Assembly: GCA_964016885.1 (NCBI GenBank)
Contig: OZ024743.1
Span: 138,756,001 to 138,820,000 of the forward strand
Source of the DNA: Eledone cirrhosa
Lineage: Eukaryota
Length of the DNA: 64,000 nucleotides
Reading direction: 5' to 3'
How positions within the stretch are numbered: the stretch's first letter is position 1; each line of letters opens with the position of its first letter. Below are positions 44,871 to 59,500 of this stretch, piece by piece. The notes beneath the pieces are model-generated. The model was not told the origin of the DNA. It searched no databases and worked only from the letters and a program-made list of their open reading frames with translations. The position numbers were made by a program, and so were the translations under genes.

Positions 44871-47800
44871 GCACCAAGCACCGAGCACCAAACACCAAGA
44901 ACAAAGCACCAAGCACTAAACACCAAACACCAAACACCAAGCGCCAAGCACCAAACACCAAACACCAAGCACCAAGCACCAAACACCAAACACCAAGCAC
45001 AAATCACCAAACACCAAACACCAAGCACCAAGCACCCAGAACCAAGCACCAAGCACCAAACACCAAGCACCAAGCACCGAGCACCAAACACCAAGAACCA
45101 AGCACCAAGCACTAAACACCAAACACCAAACACCAAGCGCCAAGCACCAAACACCAAACACCAAACACCAAGCACCAAGCACCAAGCACCAAACACCAAA
45201 CACCAAGCACCAAGCACTAAACACCAAACACCAAGCACCAAGCACCAAGCACCAAATACCAAGCACCAAGCACCAAGCACCAAACACCAAGCACCAAGCA
45301 CCAAACACCAAACACCAAGCACCAAACACCAAGCACCAAACAGCAAGCACCAAGCACCAAGCACCAGACACCAAGCACCAAGCACCAAACACCAAACACC
45401 AAGCACCAAGCACTAAACACCAAACACCAAGCACCAAGCACCAAGCACCAAGCACCAAGCACCAAACACCAAGCACCAAGCACCAAGCACCAAGCACCAA
45501 GCACCAAGCACCAAACACCAAGCACCAAGCACCAAACAGCAAACACCAAGCACCAAACACCAAACACCAAGCACCAAGCACCAAACACCAAACACCAAAC
45601 ACCAAGCACCAAGCCCCAAGCACCAAACACCAAGCACCAAGCACCAAACACCAAGCACGAAGCACCAAGCACCATGCACCAAACACCAAGCACCAAGCAC
45701 CAAACAGCAAACACCAAACAGCAAACACCAAACACCAAACACCAACCAGCAAACACCAAACACCAAACACCAAACAGCAAACACCAAACAGCAAACACCA
45801 AACAGCAAACACCAAACACCAAACACCAAACAGCAAATGCCAAAAAGCAAACGCCAAACCCCAAACGCCAAACAGCAAATGCCAAACCCCAAACGCCAAA
45901 CAGCAAACGCCAAGCGCCAAACGCCAAACACCAAGTGCCAAGCACCAAACACCAAACACCAAGCACCAAGCACCAAGCACCAAACACCAAACACCAAGCA
46001 CCAAGTACCAAACACCAAACACCAAGCACCAAACGCCAAACAGCAAACGCCAAAAAGCAAACGCCAAACCCCATACGCCAAACAGCAAATGCCAAACCCC
46101 AAACGCCAAACAGCAAACGCCAAGCACCAAACACCAAACACCAAGCGCCAAGCACCAAACACCAAACACCAATCACCAAGCACCAAACACCAAACACCAA
46201 GCACCAATCACCAAACACCAAGCACCAAGCGCCAAGCACCAAACACCAAACACCTAGCACCAAGCACCAAGCACCAAACACCAAGTACCAAACACCAATC
46301 ACCAAGTCCCAAGCACCAAACACCAAGCACCAAGCACCAAACACCAAACACCAAGCACCAAGCACCCAGAACCAAGCACCAAGCACCAAACACCAAGCAC
46401 CAAGCACCGAGCACCAAACACCAAGAACCAAGCACCAAGCTCTAAACACCAAACACCAAACACCAAACACCAAACAGCAAATGCCAAAAAGCAAACGCCA
46501 AACCCCAAATCCCAAACGCCAAACAGCAAACGCCAAGCGCCAAACGCCAAACACCAAGCGCCAAGCACCAAACACCAAACACCAAGCACCAAGCACCAAA
46601 CATCAAACACCAAGCACCAAGTACCAAACACAAACACCAAGCACCAAACACCAAACAGCAAATGCCAAAAAGAAAACGCCAAACCCCATACGCCAAACAG
46701 CAAATGCCAAACCCCAAACGCCAAACAGCATACGCCAAGCACCGAACACCAAACACCAAGCGCCAAGCACCAAACACCAAACACCAATCACCAAGCACCA
46801 AACACCAAACACCAAGCACCAATCACCAAACACCAAGCACCAAGCGCCAAGCACCAAACACCAAACACCTAGCACCAAGCACCAAGCACCAAACACCAAG
46901 TACCAAACACCAATCACCAAGTCCCAAGCACCAAACACCAAGCACCAAGCACCAAACACCAAACACCAAGCACCAAGCACCCAGAACCAAGCACCAAGCA
47001 CCAAACACCAAGCACCAAGCACCGAGCACCAAACACCAAGAACCAAGCACCAAGCACTAAACACCAAACACCAAACACCAAGCGCCAAGCACCAAACACC
47101 AAACACCAAGCACCAAGCACCAAACACCAAACACCAAGCACAAATCACCAAACACCAAACACCAAGCGCCAAACACCAAACACCAAACACCTAGCACCAA
47201 GCACCAAGCACCAAACACAAGCACCAAACACCAAGCACCAAGCACCAAGCACCAAGCACCAAACACCAAACACCAAGCACCAAGCACCAAACACCAAACA
47301 CCAAGCACCAATCACCAAACACCAAGCACCAAGCGCCAATCACCAAACACCAAACACCTAGCACCAAGCACCAAGCACCAAACACCAAGTACCAAACACC
47401 AATCACCAAGCCCCAAGCACCAAACACCAAGCGCCAAGCACCAAACAGCAAACACCAAGCACCAAGCACCCAGAACCAAGCACCAAGCACCAAACACCAA
47501 GCACCAAGCACCGAGCACCAAACACCAAGAACCAAGCACCAAGCTCTAAACACCAAACACCAAACACCAAACACCAAACAGCAAATACCAAAAAGCAAAC
47601 GCCAAACCCCAAACCCAAAACGCCAAACAGCAAACGCCAAGCGCCAAACGCCAAACACCAAGCGCCAAGCACCAAACACCAAACACCAAGCACCAAGCAC
47701 CAAACACCAAACACCAAGCACCAAGTACCAAACACCAAACACCAAGCACCAAACACCAAACAGCAAACGCCAAAAAGAAAACGCCAAACCCCATACGCCA

Positions 47801-49859
47801 AACAGCAAATGCCAAACCCCAAACGCCAAACAGCAAACGCCAAGCACTGAACACCAAACACCAAGCGCCAAGCACCAAACACCAAACACCAAGCACCAAG
47901 CACCAAACACCAAACACCAAGCACCAAGCACCAAACACCAAAAACCTAGCACCAAGCACCAAGCACCAAACACCAAGTACCAAACACCAATCACCAAGTC
48001 CCAAGCACCAAACACCAAGCACCAAGCACCAAACACCAAACACCAAGCACCAAGCACCCAGAACCAAGCACCAAGCACCAAACACCAAGCACCAAGCACC
48101 GAGCACCAAACACCAAGAACCAAGCACCAAGCACTAAACACCAAACACCAAACACCAAGCGCCAAGCACCAAACACCAAACACCAAGCACCAAGCACCAA
48201 ACACCAAACACCAAGCACAAATCACCAAACACCAAACACCAAGCGCCAAACACCAAACACCAAACACCTAGCACCAAGCACCAAGCACCAAACACCAAGC
48301 ACCAAACACCAAGCACCAAGCACCAAGCACCAAGCACCAAACACCAATCACCAAGCCCCAAGCATCAAACACCAAGCACCCAGCACCAAACACCAAACAC
48401 CAAGCACCAAGCACCCAGAACAAAGCACCAAGCACCAAACACCAAACACCAAACACCAACCCCAAATCACCAAAGAGCAAAAACAAAACACCAAGCACCA
48501 AAGACCAAACACCAAGCACCAAACACCAAACACCAAACACCAAACACCAAACACCAAACACCAAACACCAAATAGCAAAAACCAAAGAGCAAACTCCAAG
48601 CACCAAACAGCAAACACAAAACACCAAACAGCAAACAGCAAACAGCAAACTCCAAACACCAAACACCAAGCACCAAGCACCAAATCCCAAGCACCAAACA
48701 CCAAGCACCAATCACCAAACACCAAGCACCAAGCACCAAACACCAAACACCAAGCACCAAGTACCAAACACCAAACACCAAGCACCAAACACTAAACAGC
48801 AAACGCAAAAAAGCAAATGCCAAACCCCAAACGCCAAACAGCAAACGCCCAGCACCAAACACCAAACACCAAGCGCCAAGCACCAAACACCAAACACCAA
48901 GCACCAAGCACCAAACACCAAACACCAAGCACAAATCACCAAACACCAAACACCAAGCGCCAAACACCAAACACCAAACACCTAGCACCAAGCACCAAGC
49001 ACCAAACACCAAGCACCAAACACCAAGCACGAAGCTCCAAGCACCAAACACCAAACACCAAGCACCAAGCACCAAGCACCAAACACCAAACACCAAGCAC
49101 CAAGCACCAAACACCAAACACCAAGCACCAATCACCAAACACCAAGCCCCAAGCGCCAAACACCAAACACCAAACACCTAGCACCAAGCACCAAGCACCG
49201 AACACCAAGCACCAAACACCAAGCACCAAGCACCAAGCACCAAGCACCAAGCACCAAACACCAATCACCAAGCCCCAAGCACCAAACACCAAGCACCAAG
49301 CACCAAACACCAAACACCAAGCACCAAGCACCCAGAACCAAACAGCAAACACCAAACACCAAACACCAAACACCAAACAGCAAACACCAAACAGCAAACA
49401 CCAAACAGCAAACAGCAAACAAACACCAAGCACCAAACACCAAGCACCAAGCACCAAACAACAACACCAAGCACCAAGCACCAAACACCAAGCGCCAAGC
49501 ACCAAACACCAAACACCAAGCTCCAAGCACCAAACACCATACACCAAGCAACAAGCACCAAACACCAATCACCAAGCACCAAGCACCAAACCCCAAGCAC
49601 CAAACACCAAGCACCAATCACCAAACACCAAACACCCAGCACCAAGCACCAAACACCAAGCACCAAGCACCAAGCACCAAACACCAAGCACCAAGTACCA
49701 AACACCAAACACCAAGCACCAAGTACCAAACACCAAACACCAAGCACCAAGCACCAAACACCAAACACCAAGCACCAAGCACCAAACACCAAACACCAGG
49801 CTCCAAGCACAAAACACCAAGCACCAAGCACCAAGCAACAAACACCAAACACCAAGCAC

Positions 49860-52800
49860 CAAACACCAAGCACCAAGCCCCAAGCACCAAACACCAAGCA
49901 CCAAGCACCAAACACCAAGCACCAAGCACCAAGCACCATGCACCAAACACCAAGCACCAAGCACCAAACAGCAAACACCAAACAGCAAACACCAAACAGC
50001 AAACACCAAACAGCAAACACCAAACACCAAGCACCAAGCACCAAACACCATACGCCAAACACCAAACACCAAGCACCAAGCACCAAACACCAAGCACCAA
50101 GCACCAAAGACCAAACACCAAGCACCAAGCACGAAACACCAAGCACCAAGCACCGAGCACCAAACCCCAAACACCAAACACCAAGCACCAAGCACCAAAC
50201 ACCAAACACCAAGAACCAAGCACCAAACACCAAATACCAAGCACCAAGCACTAAACACCTAACACCAAGCACCAACCACCAAGCACCACGCACCAAGCAC
50301 CAAGCACCAAACACAAAACACCAAGTACCAAGCACCAAGCACCAAACACCAAACACCAAACACCAAGCACCAAGCACCAAACACCAAACACCAAGCACCA
50401 AGCACCAGAGACCAAGCACCAAGCACCAAGGACCAAACACCAAACACCAAACACCAGGCACAAAGCACCAAACACCAAGCACCAAGCACCAAACACCAAA
50501 GACCAAGCACAAAGCAGCAAAGAGCAAAAACAAAGCACCAAGCACCAAACACCAAACACCAAACACCAAACAGCAAACACCAAACACCAAATAGCAAACA
50601 CCAAAGGGCAAACTCCAAACACCAAACAGCAAACACAAAATACCAAACAGCAAACAACAAACAGCAAACAGCAAACAGCAAACAGCAAACAGCAAACACC
50701 AAACACCAAGCACCAAGCACCAAGCACCAAACACCAACACCAAGCACCAAGCACCAAACACCAAGCACCAAGCACCAAACACCAAACACCAAGCTCCAAG
50801 CACCAAAAAAAAAAAAACACCAAGCACCAAACCCCAAGCACCAAACACCAAGCACAAAACACCAAGCACCAAGCACCAAACACCAAACATCAAACAGCAA
50901 ACACCAAACACCAAACACCAAACATCAAACACCAAACAGCAAACAACAAACAACAAACGCCAAACATCAAACGCCAAACACCAAACGCCAAATAGCAAAC
51001 ACCAAGCCGCAAACACCAAACACCAAACAGCAAACACCAAACACCAAACAGCGAACTCCAAACAGCAAACACCAAACAGCAAACAGCAAACAGCAAACAC
51101 CAAACACCAAACACCAAGCACCAAACTCCAAACACCAAGCACCAAGCACCAAGCACAAAACACCAAGCACCAAGCGCTAAACATAAAACACTAAGCACCA
51201 AGCACCAAGCACCAAGCACCAAACACCAAACATCAAACACCAATCACCAAACATCAAACAGCAAACACCAAACACCAAACACCAAACATCAAACACCAAA
51301 TAGCAAACAACAAACAACAAACGCCAAACATCAAACGCCAAACACCAAACACCAAATAGCAAACACCAAACCGCAAACACCAAACACCAAACAGCAATCA
51401 CCAAACACCAAACAGCGAACACCAAACAGCAAACACCAAACAGCAAACACCAAACACCAAGCACCAAACACCAAACACCAAGCACGAATCACCAAGCACA
51501 AAACACCAAGCACCAAGCACCAAACACCAAGCACCAAACACCAAACACCAAGCACCAAGCGCCAAACACCAAGCACCAAGCACCAAGCACGAAACACCAA
51601 GCACCAATCACCAAACACCAAACACCAAGCACCAAACACCAAACAGCAAACACCAATCACCAAACACCAAACACCAAACAGCAAACACCAATCACCAAAC
51701 ACCAAACACCAAACACCAAACAGCAAACACCAAACACCAAACACCAAACAGCAAACACCAAACAAACAGCAAACAGCAAACACCAAGCAGCAAACACCAA
51801 ACAGCAAACACCAAACACCAAACACCAAATAGCAAACACCAAACAGCAAACACCAAACAGCAAACACCAAACAGCAAACACCAGACAGCAAACAGCAAAC
51901 ACCAAACACCAAACACCAAACACCAAGCACCAAACACCAAGCACCAAGCAACAAGCACCAATCACCAAGCACCAAGCACTAAACACCAAACACCAAGCAC
52001 CAAGCACCAAGCACCAAGCCCCAAGCACCAAACACCAAGCACCAAGCACCAAACACCAAGCACCAAGCACCAAGCACCATGCACCAAACACCAAGCACCA
52101 AGCACCAAACAGCAAACACCAAACAGCAAACACCAAACAGCAAACACCAAACAGCAAACACCAAACACCAAGCACCAAGCACCAAACACCATACGCCAAA
52201 CACCAAACACCAAGCACCAAGCACCAAACACCAAGCACCAAGCACCAAAGACCAAACACCAAGCACCAAGCACGAAACACCAAGCACCAAGCACCGAGCA
52301 CCAAACACCAAACACGAAACACCAAGCACCAAGCACCAAACACCAAACACCAAGAACCAAGCACCAAACACCAAATACCAAGCACCAAGCACTAAACACC
52401 AAACACCAAGCACCAAATACCAAGCACCAAGCACTAAACACCAAACACCAAGCACCAACCACCAAGCACCAAGCACCAAGCACCAAGCACCAAACACAAA
52501 ACACCAAGTACCAAGCAGCAAGCACCAAACACCAAACACCAAACACCAAGCACCAAGCACCAAACACCAAACACCAAGCACCAAGCACCAGAGACTAAGC
52601 ACCAAGCACCAAGGACCAAACACCAAACACCAAACACCAGGCACAAAGCACCAAACACCAAGCACCAAGCACCAAACACCAAAGACCAAGCACAAAGCAC
52701 CAAAGAGCAAAAACAAAGCACCAAGCACCAAACACCAAACACCAAACACCAAACAGCAAACACCAAACACCAAATAGCAAACACCAAAGGGCAAACTCCA

Positions 52801-53560
52801 AACACCAAACAGCAAACACAAAATACCAAACAGCAAACAACAAACAGCAAACAGCAAACAGCAAACAGCAAACAGCAAACACCAAACACCAAGCACCAAG
52901 CACCAAGCACCAAACACCAACACCAAGCACCAAGCACCAAACACCAAGCACCAAGCACCAAACACCAAACACCAAGCTCCAAGCACCAAAAAAAAAAAAA
53001 CACCAAGCACCAAACCCCAAGCACCAAACACCAAGCACAAAACACCAAGCACCAAGCACCAAACACCAAACATCAAACAGCAATCACCAAACATCAAACA
53101 GCAAATACCAAACACCAAACACCAAACATCAAACACCAAACAGCAAACAACAAACAACAAACGCCAAACATCAAACGCCAAACACCAAACGCCAAATAGC
53201 AAACACCAAACCGCAAACACCAAACACCAAACAGCAAACACCAAACACCAAACAGCGAACTCCAAACAGCGAAACACCAAACAGCAAACAGCAAACAGCA
53301 AACACCAAACACCAAACACCAAGCACCAAACTCCAAACACCAAGCACCAAGCACCAAGCACAAAACACCAAGCACCAAGCGCTAAACATAAAACACTAAG
53401 CACCAAGCACCAAGCACCAAGCACCAAACACCAAACATCAAACACCAATCACCAAACATCAAACAGCAAACACCAAACACCAAACACCAAACATCAAACA
53501 CCAAATAGCAAACAACAAACAACAAACGCCAAACATCAAACGCCAAACACAAACACCAAA
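49860..53560 (+). repeat. ~2.2-kb duplication (approx. 49.9-51.4 kb vs 52.0-53.6 kb), related to the 32.5-34.0 kb block
   Basis: Offsets 2141 (49938/52079), 2183 (50251/52434; A13 50805/52988) and 2205 (51177/53382). Both copies share A13, whereas the earlier copies have A12. Confidence 0.85.
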
Positions 53561-56500
53561 TAGCAAACACCAAACCGCAAACACCAAACACCAAACAGCA
53601 AACACCAAACACCAAACAGCGAACACCAAACAGCAAACACCAAATAGCAAACACCAAACACCAAGCACCAAACACCAAACACCAAGCACGAAGCACCAAG
53701 CACAAAACACCAAGCACCAAGCACCAAACACCAAGCACCAAACACCAAACACCAAGCACCAAGCGCCAAACACCAAGCACCAAGCACCAAGCACGAAACA
53801 CCAAGCACCAATCACCAAACACCAAACACCAAGCACCAAACACCAAACAGCAAACACCAATCACCAAACACCAAACACCAAACAGCAAACACCAATCACC
53901 AAACACCAAACACCAAACACCAAACAGTAAACACCAAACACCAAACAGCAAACACCAAACACCAAACACCAAACAGCAAACACCAAACACCAAACACCAA
54001 ACAGCAAACACCAAACACCAAACACCAAATAGCAAACACCAAACAGCAAACACCAAACAGCAAACACCAAACAGCAAACACCAGACAGCAAACAGCAAAC
54101 ACCAAACACCAAACACCAAGCACCAAGCACCAAACACCAAGCACCAAGCAACAAGCACCAATCACCAAGCACCAAGCACTAAACACCAAACACCAAGCAC
54201 CAAGCACCAAGCACCAAACAGCAAGCACCAAGCACCATGCACCAAACGCCAAGCACCAAGCACCAAACACCAAGCACCAAGCACCAAGCACCAAACACCA
54301 AGCACCAAACACCAAGCACCAAATACCAAGCACCAAGCACCAAACACCAATCACCAAGCACCAAGCACCAAACACCAAACACCAAGCACCAAGTACCAAA
54401 CACCAAACACCAAACACCAAGCACCAAGCACCAAATCCCAAGCACCAAACACCAAGCACCAAGCACCAAACACCAAACACCAAGCACGAAGCACCAAGCA
54501 TCAAATACCAAACACCAAACACCAAACAGCAAACGCCAAGCGCCAAACGCCAAACACCAAGTGCCAAGCACCAAACACCAAACACCAAACACCAAGCACC
54601 AAGTACCAAACACCAAACACCAAGCACCAAACACCAAACAGCAAACGCCAAAAAGCAAACGCCAAACCCCATACGCCAAACAGCAAATGCCAAACCCCAA
54701 ACGCCAAACAGCAAACGCCAAGCACCAAACACCAAACACCAAGCGCCAAGCACCAAACACCAAACACCAAGCACCAAGCACCAAACACCAAACACCAAGC
54801 ACCAATCACCAAACACCAAGCACCAAGCGCCAAGCACCAAACACCAAACACCTAGCACCAAGCACCAAGCACCAAACACCAAGTACCAAACACCAATCAC
54901 CAAGCCCCAAGCACCAAACACCAAGCGCCAAGCACCAAACACCAAACACCAAGCACCAAGCACCCAGAACCAAGCACCAAGCACCAAACACCAAACACCA
55001 AGCACCGAGCACCAAACACCAAGAACCAAGCACCAAGCTCTAAACACCAAACACCAAGCACCAAGCACCAAACACCAAACACCAAACACCAAACACAAAA
55101 CACCAAACAGCAAATGCCAAACAGCAAACGCCAAACACCAAACACCAAATAGCAAACACCAAACAGCAAACACCAAACAGCAAACACCAAACAGCAAACA
55201 CCAGACAGCAAACAGCAAACACCAAACACCAAGCACCAAACACCAAGCACCAAGCAACAAGCACCAATCACCAAGCACCAAGCACTAAACACCAAACAAC
55301 AAGCACCAAGCACCAAGCACCAAACAGCAAGCACCAAGCACCATGCACCAAACGCCAAGCACCAAGCACCAAACACCAAGCACCAAGCACCAAGCACCAA
55401 ACACCAAGCACCAAAGACCAAGCACCAAATACCAAGCACCAAGCACCAAACACCAATCACCAAGCACCAAGCACCAAACACCAAGAACCAAGCACCAATC
55501 ACTAAACACCAAACACCAAGCACCAAGCACCAAACACCAAACACCAAGCACCAAGTACCAAACACCAAACACCAAGCACCAATCACCAAACACCAAATCC
55601 CAAGCACCAGACACCAAGCACCAAGCACCAAACACCAAACACCAAGCACGAAGCACCAAGCATCAAATACCAAACACCAAACACCAAGCACCACACATCA
55701 AACACCAAGCACGAAGCACCAATCGCCAAGCACCAAGCACCAAGCAATAAACACAAAGCACCAAGCACCAAGCACCAAGCACCAAGCACCAAGCACCAAA
55801 CACCAAGCACCAAGCACCCAACACCAAACACCAATCACCAAGCACCAAAGAGCAAACACGAAGCCCCAAGCACCATACACCCAACACCAAACACCAAACA
55901 TCAAACACCAATCACGAATCACAAAACACCAAACACCAAACATCAAACACCAATCACGAATCACCAAGCACCAAACACCAAACACCAAGCACCAAGCACC
56001 AAGCACCAAACACCAAACACCAAGCACCAAGCACTAAACACCAAACACCAAGCACCAAACACCAAGCACCAAGCACCAAGCACCAAGCACCAAGCACCAA
56101 ACATCAAGCACCAAGCACCAAACAGCAAACACCAAGCACCAAACACCAAACACCAAGCACCAAGCACCAAACACCAAACACCAAACACCAAGCACCAAGC
56201 CCCAAGCACCAAACACCAAGCACCAAGCACCAAACACCAAGCACGAAGCACCAAGCACCATGCACCAAACACCAAGCACCAAGCACCAAACAGCAAACAC
56301 CAAACAGCAAACACCAAACACCAAACACCAACAAGCAAACACCAAACACCAAACACCAAACAGCAAACACCAAACAGCAAACACCAAACAGCAAACACCA
56401 AACACCAAACACCAAACAGCAAATGCCAAAAAGCAAACGCCAAACCCCATACGCCAAACAGCAAATGCCAAACCCCAAACGCCAAACAGCAAACGCCAAG

Positions 56501-59500
56501 CACCAAACACCAAACACCAAGCGCCAAGCACCAGACACCAAACACCAAGCACCAAGCACCAAACACCAAACACCAAGCACCAATCACCAAACACCAAGCA
56601 CCAAGCGCCAAGCACCAAACACCAAACACCTAGCACCAAGCACCAAGCACCAAACACCAAGTACCAAACACCAATCACCAAGCCCCAAGCACCAAACACC
56701 AAGCGCCAAGCACCAAACACCAAACACCAAGCACCAAGCACCCAGAACCAAGCACCAAGCACCAAACACCAAGCACCAAGCAACGAGCACCAAACACCAA
56801 GAACCAAGCACCAAGCTCTAAACACCAAACACCAAGCACCAAGCACCAAACACCAAACGCCAAACACCAAACACCAAACATCAAACAGCAAATGCCAAAA
56901 AGCAAACGCCAAACCCCAAACCCCAAACGCCAAACACCAAGCGCCAAGCACCAAACACCAAACACCAAGCACCAAGCACCAAACACCAAACACCAAGCAC
57001 CAAGTACCAAACACCAAACACCAAGCACCAAACACCAAACAGCAAACGCCAAAAAGCAAACGCCAAACCCCCTACGCCAAACAGCAAATGCCAAACCCCA
57101 AACGCCAAACAGCAAACGCCAAGCACCGAACACCAAGCGCCAAGCACCAAACACCAAACACCAAGCACCAAGCACCAAACACCAAACACCAAGCACCAAT
57201 CACCAAACACCAAGCACCAAGAGCCAAGAACCAAACACCAAACACCTAGCACCAAGCACCAAGCACCAAACACCAAGTACCAAACACCAATCACCAAGCC
57301 CCAAGCACCAAACACCAAGCACCAAGCACCAAACACCAAACACCAAGCACCAAGCACCCAGAACCAAGCACCAAGCACCAAACACCAAGCACCAAGCACC
57401 GAGCACCAAACACCAAGAACCAAGCACCAAGCACTAAACACCAAACACCAAACACCAAGCGCCAAGCACCTAACACCAAACACCAAGCACCAAGCACCAA
57501 ACACCAAACACCAAGCACAAATCACCAAACACCAAACACCAAGCGCCAAACACCAAACACCAAACACCTAGCACCAAGCACCAAGCACCAAACACCATGC
57601 ACCAAACACCAAGCACCAAGCACCAAGCACCAAGCACCAAGCACCAAACACCAATCACCAAGCCCCAAGCATCAAACACCAAGCACCCAGCACCAAACAC
57701 CAAACACCAAGCACCAAGCACCCAGAACAAAGCACCAAGAACCAAACACCAAACACCAAGCTCCAAGCACCAAACACCAAACACCAAACAGCAAACAACA
57801 AACAACAAACGCCAAACATCAAACGCCAAACACCAAACGCCAAATAGCAAACACCAAACCGCAAACACCAAACACCAAACAGCAAACACCAAACACCAAA
57901 CAGCGAACTCCAAACAGCGAAACACCAAACAGCAAACAGCAAACAGCAAACACCAAACACCAAACACCAAGCACCAAACTCCAAACACCAAGCACCAAGC
58001 ACCAAGCACAAAACACCAAGCACCAAGCGCTAAACATAAAACACTAAGCACCAAGCACCAAGCACCAAGCACCAAACACCAAACATCAAACACCAATCAC
58101 CAAACATCAAACAGCAAACACCAAACACCAAACACCAAACATCAAACACCAAATAGCAAACAACAAACAACAAACGCCAAACATCAAACGCCAAACACAA
58201 ACACCAAATAGCAAACACCAAACCGCAAACACCAAACACCAAACAGCAAACACCAAACACCAAACAGCGAACACCAAACAGCAAACACCAAATAGCAAAC
58301 ACCAAACACCAAGCACCAAACACCAAACACCAAGCACGAAGCACCAAGCACAAAACACCAAGCACCAAGCACCAAACACCAAGCACCAAACACCAAACAC
58401 CAAGCACCAAGCGCCAAACACCAAGCACCAAGCACCAAGCACGAAACACCAAGCACCAATCACCAAACACCAAACACCAAGCACCAAACACCAAACAGCA
58501 AACACCAATCACCAAACACCAAACACCAAACAGCAAACACCAATCACCAAACACCAAACACCAAACACCAAACAGTAAACACCAAACACCAAACAGCAAA
58601 CACCAAACACCAAACACCAAACAGCAAACACCAAACACCAAACACCAAACAGCAAACACCAAACAAACAGCAAACAGCAAACACCAAGCAGCAAACACCA
58701 AACAGCAAACACCAAACACCAAACACCAAATAGCAAACACCAAACAGCAAACACCAAACAGCAAACACCAAACAGCAAACACCAGACAGCAAACAGCAAA
58801 CACCAAACACCAAACACCAAGCACCAAGCACCAAACACCAAGCACCAAGCAACAAGCACCAATCACCAAGCACCAAGCACTAAACACCAAACACCAAGCA
58901 CCAAGCACCAAGCACCAAACAGCAAGCACCAAGCACCATGCACCAAACGCCAAGCACCAAGCACCAAACACCAAGCACCAAGCACCAAGCACCAAACACC
59001 AAGCACCAAACACCAAGCACCAAATACCAAGCACCAAGCACCAAACACCAATCACCAAGCACCAAGCACCAAACACCAAACACCAAGCACCAAGTACCAA
59101 ACACCAAACACCAAACACCAAGCACCAAGCACCAAATCCCAAGCACCAAACACCAAGCACCAAGCACCAAACACCAAACACCAAGCACGAAGCACCAAGC
59201 ATCAAATACCAAACACCAAACACCAAGCACCACACATCAAACACCAAGCACGAAGCACCAATCGCCAAGCACCAAGCACCAAGCAATAAACACAAAGCAC
59301 CAAGCACCAAGCACCAAGCACCAAGCACCAAGCACCAAACACCAAGCACCAAGCACCCAACACCAAACACCAATCACCAAGCACCAAAGAGCAAACACGA
59401 AGCCCCAAGCACCAAACACCCAACACCAAACACCAAACATCAAACACCAATCACGAATCACAAAACACCAAACACCAAACATCAAACACCAATCACGAAT

